Shown here piece by piece: positions 26,692 to 40,613 of a DNA stretch of 64,000 nucleotides. A program made the position numbers and the translations under genes. Numbering within the stretch: the first letter of the stretch is position 1; the number at the start of each line of letters is the position of its first letter. The DNA is taken from the NCBI GenBank assembly GCA_964016885.1, contig OZ024752.1, positions 28,706,001 through 28,770,000 on the forward strand, written 5' to 3'. The notes beneath the pieces are model-generated. The model ran no database searches and was not told the origin of the DNA. It saw only the letters and a list, made by a program, of their open reading frames with translations. Source of the stretch: Eledone cirrhosa. Lineage: Eukaryota.

Positions 26692-29567
26692 TATTGAAAT
26701 TTCCGTTGAAAACAGAAAAGGTCATAGAAGTGAAGAGTGCTCTATGTAAGTATCAGAGCAAAATTTAATGTATAAAAATCAATACAATATAATTACCTCA
26801 TTACCAGAGGTTTCCCGAATGAGGCGAATACGAAAGAAACGTCTTCATTCGTTCGTCAGACGGGGCAATATACTTGGAAAGTCTCATCAAGAAAAGCAAA
26901 AAAACAAAAAGGATATAGACAAATGAATTAGAATATGAAATATATAATAATCTTTCAAGAAATATAGTTAGGTGTGTGTATATGTATGTATATACGCTCA
27001 CAGATGTGCATATATGTGTATGCACATATGTATACGTATAGTGAAAAAGTGTGCGTAAATATATAATTTAGGGCAAATGTATCTGTATGTCTGTAATCTA
27101 CAGACAGAATAGATACATCATAAGAATATGAAGGCACGCGCATAAACACACCTACACACACGTACACTTAGATGCGGAAGTAAAAGAGGTAAGGGAGTCT
27201 AATAATTAAAGGAAAGTATCAATCTCGATATATTTATAAAAATGGAACAATAATTTAGAAAGAAAAAATTAAAGAAAAGAAGACAAAAAAGGTACATACA
27301 TACACACACACGTATATCTCACAAAAGAAACGCAAAAATATACATGCTTATATACACACGCACACTTACACATCCATACGTTCGATACGTACACACACAC
27401 ACACACACACATACTTACACTCACGCATATTGACCTGTTTGCGTGCACACGCATAAAAATGAGTAAGTAAAAAAAAAGGGGGGGGGGGAGAAGAAAAAAG
27501 GAACAACACATAAAACTTAGATGTAAAAACACGGATATAAAGACACATACACATACGCATACATACACACACACATATATATATATTTATATATATATAT
27601 ATACGCACGCGCGCGCACATACGTAGTCGCTCATGTACATATATAGAAAGTATACACACATTAAGGCGTTCAGCCACATTGATACAGGGTGTAAAAAACT
27701 TGTGGATAAGTAAGTACAAATATAAAATTGTAAGATTGGTTGCGCAAAAATAAAAAAATAAAAATAAAAATGAAAAATATATCTGGAGTGGAAAACACAA
27801 ATGACAAGTAAAATCAGTTAGTGAAGGAAATAGGGAAGTAAAAAATGGAAAGTGAAAATATTAGATAAGTGAATCGGAGAATAAAGGGGGGGGGTTATAT
27901 GTTGATGTGAAGTAAAAATAAAAAAATTAATATAAAAATAAAAATAAATGAAATTAATGATAAGGATAAAAATGAAAGTAAGTCAGAAAGGGTAATTAAA
28001 AAGAGAATAATAAGAGTTTATGGAGGATAAGTATCTGAAAGTGTGTTAAGTTTATATGAGCTGGAAAGCAGGTGTGATTTCATGTGTGGGCAACTGGTGA
28101 AAATTTCCGTCTTTGTGTTCAGGCAGGTCTTTGGTGATTTTAGATTTTGCAATATCCAATATTTTTCATTTATGCAGAGCGTGCATTTTCTTGTTCCTCT
28201 AGCCTATTCTTTAGATTGGTTCAAAATTGACCAATCTAATTTATATTGGATGCCTTGGTCTTTCAAATCCCAAATTCTGCTAGCCAGAGCTGTTGTAAAT
28301 CTTTTTTCTGGATGTCGAAAGGATGCGACATGTGAGTAATAACGCGTTTTGAATTTGTCTTGCGTCATACCCACATATCGTTCACTGGTGGCTGGATGGT
28401 TGTTGCTGATGGTTGTCACTTTAGCCGCATATACAATGGCTTTGGTGTTGCATTTACCTTGTAATGGGCATTCACTTTTGATTCTACAGGAGCAAGTTTG
28501 ATTTTCTCTAGGTGATATTTTGTTGATGATATGGGACTTAATAGGGGGACCGCAGGAATAGCTAATTTTGACACAGTTTCTGTTAAAGATCTTATAGTAT
28601 CTATGTGTTCTAGGGAAATGTTTATCTAGGAGCTCAAGGAATTTTTTGCCTACATTAGTTTTAACTGCTAGAGAGTAGGGGGGTGTGAACCAGATTATTT
28701 TTCTTTTCCTGTTTTTATGTTTAATAGAGTTAGTATAGTTGGGTATGTATTTAATCGGTTCGCTAAAACCGCTATTTTGGAGGGCTTTATTATAGTAGGG
28801 GGATGCCTTATTAAAAATAGCTTCTGAGGAAGAGAGGGTGGAGATCCTACGGCTAATATTAGGGATAAGGTTTTTAAAAACTATAGGTGGATGGCAAGAG
28901 CCTTTATTTATATATTTTAAGATTTCATTAGGTTTATGGTATGGTTTATAAGAAGTAGTAGGCAAATCTAGGTTTATATCTAGGAAATCTACGTTGGAAA
29001 GGTTAGTGTCAATAGTAATTTTAAGATTAAAACTAGCGAAGGTTTTTATTAAGTCTTTCCTTAATCTATCTAAGTTATGGCCTATGGTGGTAAGGGAAAG
29101 TATTAGACCATCGTCGCGATAAAGCCCAAAAATATGGTTAGGAAATTTTTCTTTAAGTGTATGTAGGAGGAATAGGCCGACCAGATCACAAACATCAGCA
29201 CTGTCGTAAGAGCCAATTGAGACATCGAATGGGTTCTCTGGGTTAGATATTTTTACCCAAGTGTCATTATCATTAAAAAGTAGAGTGTTTCTAGCGTGCA
29301 AGATGACATTCTCTTCAATATTGGAGATATTAGTAAACCCTCTAGCGAAATTTAAAGCTTTCGCTAAAAGGGTCTGAGTGATAGATGGGTAGAAATCTAC
29401 AATGTCAAATTGGGTGAATCTAGAACTATTTTTGTTTTTAATATTATTAAACCAATGTACTACGGAAGAACTATTTATCCATTGGAGTAATTTAGACTTA
29501 CTTCTAATGTGTGTATTTAATTTATTTAAAATTTTTTTGCTGGTAAGACCAATATCAGTCTGAGCAT
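26690..29567 (-). mobile_element. 5-prime-truncated Penelope-like retroelement (Naiad-like), RT + GIY-YIG; premature TAG at 28204
   Basis: FDIVDFYPSI, GLYRDDGL, WFTPPYS, CSCRIKSECPLQGKC, IVYAA...YVGMT; the frame continues past the TAG as ARGTRKCTLCINEK...CPH to TAA at 28018; degenerate hammerhead CTGACGA...GAAA at 26801..26870. Confidence 0.9.
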
Positions 29568-29620
29568 TATATATATATATATATATACATATATACATAC
29601 ATATATATATATATACATAC

Positions 29621-29674
<54 letters not shown>

Positions 29675-29705
29675 TATATATATATGTATATGCATGTACA
29701 TACAC

Positions 29706-29835
<130 letters not shown>

Positions 29836-29858
29836 ATGTATGTACATACACGTGTGTA

Positions 29859-29916
<58 letters not shown>

Positions 29917-30038
29917 TATATACATACATATATATATATATACATACATATATATATATATACATACATATACATATATATATATATATACATACATATA
30001 CATATATATATATATTTATACATATATATATTTATACA

Positions 30039-30157
<119 letters not shown>

Positions 30158-30159
30158 CT

Positions 30160-32853
30160 ATCTATCTATCTAAGGCGGGTAAAATTCCCGAGATCCATGG
30201 ACGAGTTCTCTCCAGCGGTCTCTGTCCCTCATTATCGCTGCCATGTCCTGCGTCTCCAACAGACCAGTGTCTCTCCTTAGGGCATCAACATATGTTAACC
30301 TTGGTCTTCCTCTTCCAGTGTGTCCATGTAGGGGCTCCCAAAGGAGCACGGAGTGCAATGTCAACTCTGGATGTCGGTGAGCATGTCCAGCCAACCTCAG
30401 TCTCCTCTGTGTCACTTTTGAGCTGACTTTTGGGAGGCTCCCATACAGCTCTGAGTTTTTCATCCTCAGTGTATACTGATTAATGTTCAGAGCCATCCTC
30501 AGCATTCTCGTGTAGCACCCATCCACCATCTGAGTGAGTCTCTTGGTCAGTGTCCAAGTCTCAGACCCATACAGCAGCACAGACTCCACTACAGCAATGA
30601 AGAGGCGGATTTTCAGGTCTCTACGAAGGTCCGACTTCCACACCGATCTCAAGCTGTGGCACGCCGCCCAGGCCTTGCTCTTCCTCTCAACCACATCATC
30701 TTCCGTATTCCCAATCTTTGCTCCCAAATACAGGAAGTCCTCAACCAATTCCAGCGGCTTCCCGCCTACATTAGTGATCCCCTCTGGCTTCTCAACATTC
30801 TCTACCAGATATTTTGTTTTAGTCTCATTCATTCTCAACCCCACACTCATCGACACAGTCTCAACCTCCCGCATCAAATCCTCTGCCTCCTTCACTGTAT
30901 TTGTCACCAAAACTATGTCGTCGGCAAATTCAGCATCCGATACCTTTTTCGCCCCAACTCTCCTGCTCTGAGCCGGTGCTACAGTAAAGCCAGAGTCCTG
31001 GTGTTTCTCCAGTGCAAGGCGCATACAATAGTCCACTACGATGATAAAAAGGTAGGGAGCCAATGTATCTCCCTGGAGCACTCCAGCCAGTATCTCAAAG
31101 AACTCTGTCATCCCATCAGGTGTAATGACTTGGGCTTTGGTGTTGGTGTAGAGCAGTGATATCAGGTCCACTATCCTCTTGGGGATTCCATAAGCCTGTA
31201 AGATCTTCATCAGGCAGTAACGGTCCACAGAATCAAAGGCCTTCCTAAAGTCAATGAAAACCATGACCGCAGGAAGGCACTTTGCTCTAGCTCCCTCTAA
31301 TATCCTCCTCAGCATCAGGATGTGACTGGTGGTTGATCTACCCTCTCTGAAGCCGTTCTGGTTGTCCCTGAGCTTCTTCTCCATCTCAGGCTGGATCCTG
31401 TTAAGAATCATCCTGTTGAGGGTCTTTGCCACAAGTGACGTCAGTGAGATCCCCCGGTAGTTGTTGGTGTTAGAGAGATCTCCCTTCTTTGGCACTGGGA
31501 CGATGTTACTGATCCTCCACTGATTCGGGGCAACTCCTTTCTCCAGTGCCCCGTTACAGAACCCCAGGATGATATCATCAAAATCACACCACTTCATCAC
31601 CTCTGATGCTACTCCATCTTCTCCATGAGCCTTGCCCTCCTTGATCTTCTTCTTGGCTCTCTGAAGCTCCTCTCTGGTGAAGGGTTCTGTCTCAACATCC
31701 AGTTCCTCAAACAGCCGCCTGATCTCCCCAGTGCTCTGGGCTGTGGAGGGTGGCTCTCCTAGTAGGGTCCTAAAATGGTCTAGCCATTTCCTCTTCCTAT
31801 CCTCGGGCCCCGTTCCCTGGATCTGACTCGAACACCTTTTCTTCCTCCCTGTGATCTCGTTGATGATCATCCAGCTCTCCTTACATCCAGATCTGTCAAC
31901 CGCTCTCTCCACACTTCTGATCTTCTCTATCAGTGCCTCCTCTCTGACCTCAGTGTAAGCGGTACAGAGCTCTTCCCTCATCACCTCCACAGTCTCCATC
32001 CTCTCCTCCGTAGGATCAGCATAGAATTGGTCCCTGGCAGCTTTCAGGTGTTCTCTGGCTGCACACACTTTTGGGTCTGCAGAGCTGACGTGCTTCCCTT
32101 TGTTCTTTTTCCTCGGCACCAGGGTTTCACTTGCTTTCGCCACTGCATTGGTGAAGTGCCCGTACCTCCTCGTCACACTCTCCTCAGTCCATCCAATCTC
32201 TCTCTCCTCTGACTCTCCACACAGAGCACTAAACCTGTTTCTCACTTCCACTGTGAACCTCTCCTGTAGCTTATCATCTTCCTTGAAAGCTCCCCAGTCA
32301 TAGATTGTTCTCCGGGGCTGAGCCTTGCTCTTTCTTAAGCTCACGCGGACCTCACTCATAACAAGCCGGTGGTCACTACCCAGTGTACTGAAATAGCTGT
32401 ATGGTTCCGTGTTCAGAACACTATTCCGCCACTTTTTCCTCACCAGAATGAAATCAATCTGGGACTTGGACAGGTGCACATCTGAGATGTAGGTCCACAT
32501 CTTCCCCAGATTCTTCCTAAACCTTAGGTTGGTCGCCATCAAGTTCGCCTCCAGCAGGGTGTCTCTCAGTAGTCTTCCATTTCGGTTGGTGTTGTTATGG
32601 AAGTACCAGCAAGGATCTTCACTGCCCTCCTTACTCAGATGTGCATTGAAGTCCCCCAAAACAAGCAGGATATTGTGTGCCTGAGTGGTGTTGACAGCTC
32701 TACACACTTCCTCATGGAACTCCTCGGCATTCACATCACTGTCCCCCTCGGTTGGACTATAGGCTGAGATGACTGTCAGTCTTGGGTTTCCATTGAAGGT
32801 CACCCTCAACACTCGCGGGGAGATAGGCATTATTTCCCTCACCAACAGATTGG
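30160..32853 (-). mobile_element. RTE-like non-LTR retrotransposon, 5-prime truncated, uninterrupted 891-codon EN+RT frame
   Basis: AP-endonuclease motifs (YSPT, GDFNAH, IDFIL, SDH), RT motifs (NYRGISL, QNGFR, GVLQGDTLAP, FADD), (TAGA)n tail, (TA)n on both flanks. Confidence 0.95.
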
Positions 32854-32875
32854 TATATATATATATGTAGATAAA

Positions 32876-32925
<50 letters not shown>

Positions 32926-32931
32926 GATAAA

Positions 32932-33005
<74 letters not shown>

Positions 33006-33338
33006 GATATATATATATAAACATATACATATATATATAAACATATATATATATATATATATACATACATATATATATATACATACATATATATATATAT
33101 ACATACATATACATATATATATACATATATATACATACATATACATACATATACATATATATATATATATACATATATATGCATACATATATATATATAC
33201 ATACATATACATATATATATATATACATACATATACATATATATATATATACATATATATATACATACATATACATATATATATACATATATATACATAT
33301 ATATATATACATACATATACATATATATATATACATAT

Positions 33339-35384
33339 AAACAATTAAGTTAAAGATGTACATCCATATATGTATACTGAAATACTAGTATGTATATGAA
33401 TACACACACGTATACATATGTAGATGTACCAAGTTTTTTCACTGGTCACTTTACTGTGAGTGGCCAGCTATTCTGTATGTAAACACACAGACAAACCGGT
33501 TTTTAGAGTCATACTGGTTTTTGAGGAAACACCTTTCCTCTATTCTCCAGAAAGCCAGACAAGGAATATTGAACTAGTTTCGTTGTTGTTACAACTCATC
33601 AGCAATATTTACCTATCTTCCGGCCTCTCTAGAGAATCGTAAAAGCACATATCGTTATATGCTTTTTCTATGAAAATTAGTAGTGGGCAGACCAATTTGC
33701 ATAGAGTGTGAGTAAGTACCGGTTCAACGGAGACGATAAAAACAAATAACGAAACGAAATTAAATTTCGTTTCATTTGTAACTCACTTTTGTATGACTGA
33801 CGCTTAAACAATTAAGTTAAAGATGTACATCCATATATGTATACTGAAATACTAGTATGTATATGAATACACACACGTATACATATGTAGATGTACCAAG
33901 TTTTTTCACTGGTCACTTTACTGTGAGTGGCCAGCTATTCTGTATGTAAACACACAGACAAACCGGTTTTTAGAGTCATACTGGTTTTTGAGGAAACACC
34001 TTTCCTCTATTCTCCAGAAAGCCAGACAAGGAATATTGAACTAGTTTCGTTGTTGTTACAACTCATCAGCAATATTTACCTATCTTCCGGCCTCTCTAGA
34101 GAATCGTAAAAGCACATATCGTTATATGCTTTTTCTATGAAAATTAGTAGTGGGCAGACCAATTTGCATAGAGTGTGAGTAAGTACCGGTTCAACGGAGA
34201 CGATAAAAACAAATAACGAAACGAAATTAAATTTCGTTTCATTTGTAACTCACTTTTGTATGACTGACGCTTAAACAATTAAGTTAAAGATGTACATCCA
34301 TATATGTATACTGAAATACTAGTATGTATATGAATACACACACGTATACATATGTAGATGTACCAAGTTTTTTCACTGGTCACTTTACTGTGAGTGGCCA
34401 GCTATTCTGTATGTAAACACACAGACAAACCGGTTTTTAGAGTCATACTGGTTTTTGAGGAAACACCTTTCCTCTATTCCCCAGAAAGCCAGACAAGGAA
34501 TATTGAACTAGTTTCGTTGTTGTTACAACTCATCAGCAATATTTACCTATCTTCCGGCCTCTCTAGAGAATCGTAAAAGCACATATCGTTATATGCTTTT
34601 TCTATGAAAATTAGTAGTGGGCAGACCAATTTGCATAGAGTGTGAGTAAGTACCGGTTCAACGGAGACGATAAAAACAAATAACGAAACGAAATTAAATT
34701 TCGTTTCATTTGTAACTCACTTTTGTATGACTGACGCTTAAACAATTAAGTTAAAGATGTACATCCATATATGTATACTGAAATACTAGTATACATACTA
34801 GTATTTCAGTATACATATATGGATGTACATCTTTAACTTAATTGTTTAAGCGTCAGTCATACAAAAGTGAGTTACAAATGAAACGAAATTTAATTTCGTT
34901 TCGTTATTTGTTTTTATCGTCTCCGTTGAACCGGTACTTACTCACACTCTATGCAAATTGGTCTGCCCACTACTAATTTTCATAGAAAAAGCATATAACG
35001 ATATGTGCTTTTACGATTCTCTAGAGAGGCCGGAAGATAGGTAAATATTGCTGATGAGTTGTAACAACAACGAAACTAGTTCAATATTCCTTGTCTGGCT
35101 TTCTGGAGAATAGAGGAAAGGTGTTTCCTCAAAAACCAGTATGACTCTAAAAACCGGTTTGTCTGTGTGTTTACATACAGAATAGCTGGCCACTCACAGT
35201 AAAGTGACCAGTGAAAAAACTTGGTACATCTACATATGTATACGTGTGTGTATTCATATACATACTAGTATTTCAGTATACATATATGGATGTACATCTT
35301 TAACTTAATTGTTTAAGCGTCAGTCATACAAAAGTGAGTTACAAATGAAACGAAATTTAATTTCGTTTCGTTATTTGTTTTTAT
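33339..35384. repeat. 467-bp tandem repeat (3+ units) joined head-to-head to an inverted 1.25-unit copy
   Basis: Identical mini-ORFs at 33460/33927/34394 give period 467; mirror centre at about 34793; (TA)n flanks. Confidence 0.95.
35044..35088 (+). ncRNA. Minimal type-I hammerhead ribozyme, intact core
   Basis: aatattg-CTGATGA-gttg taacaa caac-GAAA-ctag-TT-caatatt; 7-bp stem I, GUU site; identical copies on the minus strand at 33565..33609, 34032..34076 and 34499..34543. Confidence 0.88.
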
Positions 35385-36365
<981 letters not shown>

Positions 36366-36839
36366 TAAATAATAACATCTACATCTTCATATTATAAATA
36401 GTGATATGTATTTATTTGCTGTCATGCACACGGGACAATGTCAATGTGGGGGCTGTCAAATGACAAATAGAGATCGAGAGTGAAAATAAATGGAAAATAA
36501 TCGACGGATGAGTTGTTTATGATATTGTCCATAGTGAAAAACTGGCTAAGAGTAAATGACAGATAAAGAATTTATAGTAAATGGGTAGACTAAATTAAAC
36601 TGCATTACATCAGTCGTCGTTGCAAGCATCACTGACAGTAAATATAGTTTTATAGTAATTTGTATGTAAAATAATTCAATGAAGATAACATGACGTATAT
36701 AGGACTGCGAGAAGATGTAATGTGAACGTTAGGTCGCTTTAGAAAATCAATTGTATAAATGTTGATAAGCAAGTATATCGTAGTCAGATACGAAATCCTA
36801 TGTTTGTGACTGTCTTTGGTGCAGGCGAGAAATGACAAT

Positions 36840-37655
36840 GAAGACCAAGGTGAGAGTGTATGCCGCATTGTACTGTCAGCATTGCTGTATGCGTGTGAGA
36901 CATGGGTTGCCTACAAACGGCATATCCAAAGACTGGAACGATTTAACCAGCAGTGTCTCAGCAGAAAGATGTTCGGTATCAAGTGGCAGATGCATGTGAG
37001 TGATATTGAGGTCCTTGAGAGAAATGTGTAGGAGCATTGAGAGTATCATCCATCAACGACTTTTGCGATGGACCGGGCACCTCTGTTGAATGAAAGATGA
37101 TCGAATCCTGAAACAACGTTTGTATGGCGAGCTTTGTAAAGGTAACAGACCACCTCACAAACCAAGGCTTTGATTCAAGGATTATGTAAAGGACTCATTG
37201 AAAAAACTGGTTTGATGGTGGCTGACTGGGAGATAGAAGCTCTTGAAAGAGAAACTTGACGTGGAATGGCGAATGATGGGTCCATAATTTTAAGGACAAA
37301 CACATAGAGCACGAGAAGGTCAAACGGGATGTGCGTAAGAAATGCCCTGGTGTATCTCTCGAAACGATCGGTGTCTCCATTGAATTGAAGTGCCCTGAGT
37401 GTGGAAAGATTTGCTTGAACAAATCTGGTCTCAGGAGCCACAGTCGCAGCCTTGTTCAAAGAGAACCAGTGAACTATGATCTCCACGGTACTGTAAAGGT
37501 TCACAGGCAACCTGTTGCAAGACCTGAGGCCAGAGAAATCCATAGTTGTCGTCAATGTGCGAATGAGTGCAAGTCTCTAGCAGGCTTGAAAAGCCATATC
37601 CGGGCATCACACATCTGAATCAGACAAGCAATTGCAATACTTAGCAGAGTTTGCA
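36840..37655 (+). mobile_element. RTE LINE 3-prime fragment with two C2H2 fingers
   Basis: LLYACETW, RWTGH, CPECGKICLNKSGLRSH and CRQCANECKSLAGLKSH; frameshifts and stops. Confidence 0.85.
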
Positions 37656-37716
37656 ACCATCATATATAAATATGTGTGTGTGTATATATATGTGTGTGTG
37701 TGTATATATATATAAA

Positions 37717-37769
<53 letters not shown>

Positions 37770-37775
<6 letters not shown>

Positions 37776-39110
37776 ATACTTTGGGAGGGTCATGTTGCCA
37801 ATAAGAAACACACGCACCAGTTGCTTTCACTTCAATTTATTATAATAAATTTATAATAAATTTATAAATTTATAAATTTCTGGTTGGTTGGTTGGTTCCA
37901 CAACCAGATAGTTGTTTATATATTGTCATAGTTCTTTCGTCACACACTCTGTGACCTCTTCAGTGACTGTGGATTCCTTTCTTTGTTTCTGTGCCTCTCC
38001 TTTGTTCTGTCCTACGCCATTTTGTTTCTGTGTGTGTGTTGTGTGCTCAGTCTGCGGATGCGCCACATCCGGGTGTCTGTGTGTGTTTATGTTCATTTAT
38101 TTATTTGTTTATTTACATGTTACTGGTTGGTTGTTTGTTCTAGAGGTGAATTAGCTTACAAATTTAGAAGGGCCCTAAATAAACATAAACTCAATATTAA
38201 GATAGTAGAAAGACCAGGTACCTCCGTAAAAACACTTATTAGCAAGACATACCCTTTTCAAAGACCCTCATGTATAGATAAGAAATGTATAACCTGTAAA
38301 ATAAGCCCCCATATTAACTGTAAAACTAGAAATGTAGTGTATAGCATAAGATGTACTGAAGGACAATGTAGAGACAAAAATATAGTGTACATAGGTGAGA
38401 TAGCTCGTAGTGTAGGGGAACGGATAAATGAACACTGGCGAGACCTTCAAAATAGTAAAGAATCATCTGTACTCTACCAACATGCTAAAATAGAACACAA
38501 GGGTAAATTAGAGAACATAGAAATAAAAATAGAATCTACACACAGAAAAGACGCAATGTTTAGACAAATTACAGAGGCAATAAGCATAAAAGAATTACAA
38601 CCAAAATTAAATAGAAAATATGAGTGGAACAGCAACATCACAACTTACAATTAAGGACAAAATGAAAACACACACACACATAGAACAAACAACCAACCAG
38701 TAACATGTAAATAAACAAATAAATAAATGAACATAAACACACACAGACACCCGGATGTGGAGCATGCGCAGACTGAGCACACAACACACACAGAGAAACA
38801 AAATGGCATAGGACAGAACAAAGGAGAGACACAGAAACAAAGAAAGGAATCCCCAGTCACTGAAGAGGTCACAGAGTGTGTGACGAAAGAACTATGACAA
38901 TATATAAACAACTATCTGGTTGTGGAACCAACCAACCAACCAGAAATTTATAAATTTATAAATTTATGATAAATTTATTATAATAAATTGAAGTGAAAGC
39001 AACTGGTGCGTGTGTTTCTTATTGGCAACATGACCCTCCCAAAGTATAACAATATCGGTTTCAACACACGATTTCAGATAAAGAATCTTGCTAAACAAAT
39101 TCAGAAACGA

Positions 39111-39112
<2 letters not shown>
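37770..39112 (+). mobile_element. PLE family X, medium copy (inverted arm 37770..38120 + GIY-YIG coding end + pseudo-LTR)
   Basis: VVYSIRC...VYIGEIAR...RINEH; arms are reverse complements; (TA)n flanks. Confidence 0.9.
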
Positions 39113-39141
<29 letters not shown>

Positions 39142-39337
39142 GTGTGTGTATATAAATATATATATTTATATATAATATTAAGGATACTATTTATGGTTAT
39201 GTATATACTAAAACTTTTTATAGTTATGTATATTTTAAACCCTAAACAGTGAAGGTCAGTAATTTATTACTACCTTATTACCAGTAAGATAAATAGCTCA
39301 ATGTAATAACATCAGTTGTTCTGCAGAGCAGTTATAT

Positions 39338-40146
39338 AGAATTCACAAAATCAAAGCTATGTTCAAAGCATTTATTCACTTACAATTGTTTCATCCAAAC
39401 CTAGGCTTGGAGTCTTCGGAGCATTTTACAATGTTTGTACACATAATTGACCTCCTTTCCAACGCAAGAGACATAGATACATATATATTGATGTACAGTG
39501 GAGTGACATATATTATACTATATTATTTCTGTATATCAATTCAAATTCAAAATCAAAATCAAAATTAAAATTAAAACAAAATTAAAACAAAATTAAAATA
39601 CAAAATTAAAATACATTCGGCAGTTAACACAAATAATGCAAGAGGATAGTTTGTTAGTCAGATGTAGTAGTTAGTGTATGCGTTTGTTACAGGTGGGGCA
39701 TGCAAGTGTGTCTCATTTATATATAATTATTGTGTGGCAGGGTGTTACATGTAATACAAGCTCTTTAAGCGGGTAAGTAAGAGTATTATGGTGGTTGTAG
39801 TGGTGAGGTATTTTTTGTATATAATAAAAACGTATGTGTGCGGAAAAATAAAAATAAAAAGGAGAAGCAAAAGAAAGTTATGGTTTTCGTATCCACCACC
39901 ATTTTCACATTCAGGAAAAGTAATATATTGTTTTTACATCCATCACATAAGTAACGCTGATTCAATATATATATATGTACATCAATATATATATATATGT
40001 ATCTGTATGTCTCTTGCGTTGGAAAGGAGGTCAATTATGTGTACAAACATTGAAAAATGCTCCGAAGACACCAAGCCTAGGTTTGGATGAAACAATTGTA
40101 AGTGAATAAATGCTTTGAACATAGCTTTGATTCTTGTGAATTCTAT
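39338..40146 (+). mobile_element. Internally deleted PLE relic with inverted arms and hammerhead-like motif
   Basis: About 170-bp inverted arms; KRKLWFSYPPPFS resembles the PLE RK..WFNPPFS motif; CCGAAGA-stem-GAAA-caattg-TA at 40058..40104. Confidence 0.65.
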
Positions 40147-40434
40147 ATATTTATATATATATATATAAATGTGTATGTATATATATAAATATATATATAT
40201 ATATATACATATTTATATATATATATATGTGTGTGTTTGTGTGTGTGTGTGTGTGTGTACATATATATATACATACATACAAGTATGTTATTCTAAATAC
40301 TTCATCACTTTCTTAAGATCCACGCAACGCAACAGATGTTCAGGGATTCTTATTTGACATCGTTTAACGTTTTCTTTAGTGTAATTGCTTTTATACAATT
40401 TTTATTAGAAATTTCATACATTAATAATAAATTA

Positions 40435-40613
40435 ATTATTTCTACTTTTGGCACAAGGCCAGCAATTACTGGTACTTCATTTTATCGACCCCGTAAGGAT
40501 GAAATGCAAAGTTAACCTCGGCGGGATTTGAACTCAGATCATAAAGGGCCGTAACTCTATGCTGCAAAGCATGGCGTCCGACCCTCCACCGATACTGCCA
40601 ATCAACCGCCCTT
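40435..40613 (-). mobile_element. tRNA-derived SINE (family 1)
   Basis: Same body and B-box as the other copies. Confidence 0.8.

Noticed and set aside
28204-28206. In-frame stop in the PLE ORF as possible selenocysteine recoding
   Set aside because: The codon is TAG, not TGA, and aligns with a Tyr in the related element; a simple nonsense mutation
33460-33642. Repeated 60-aa ORF MASYSVC...
   Set aside because: GTG start, antisense to the hammerhead, no recognisable domain; identity only reflects the tandem repeat
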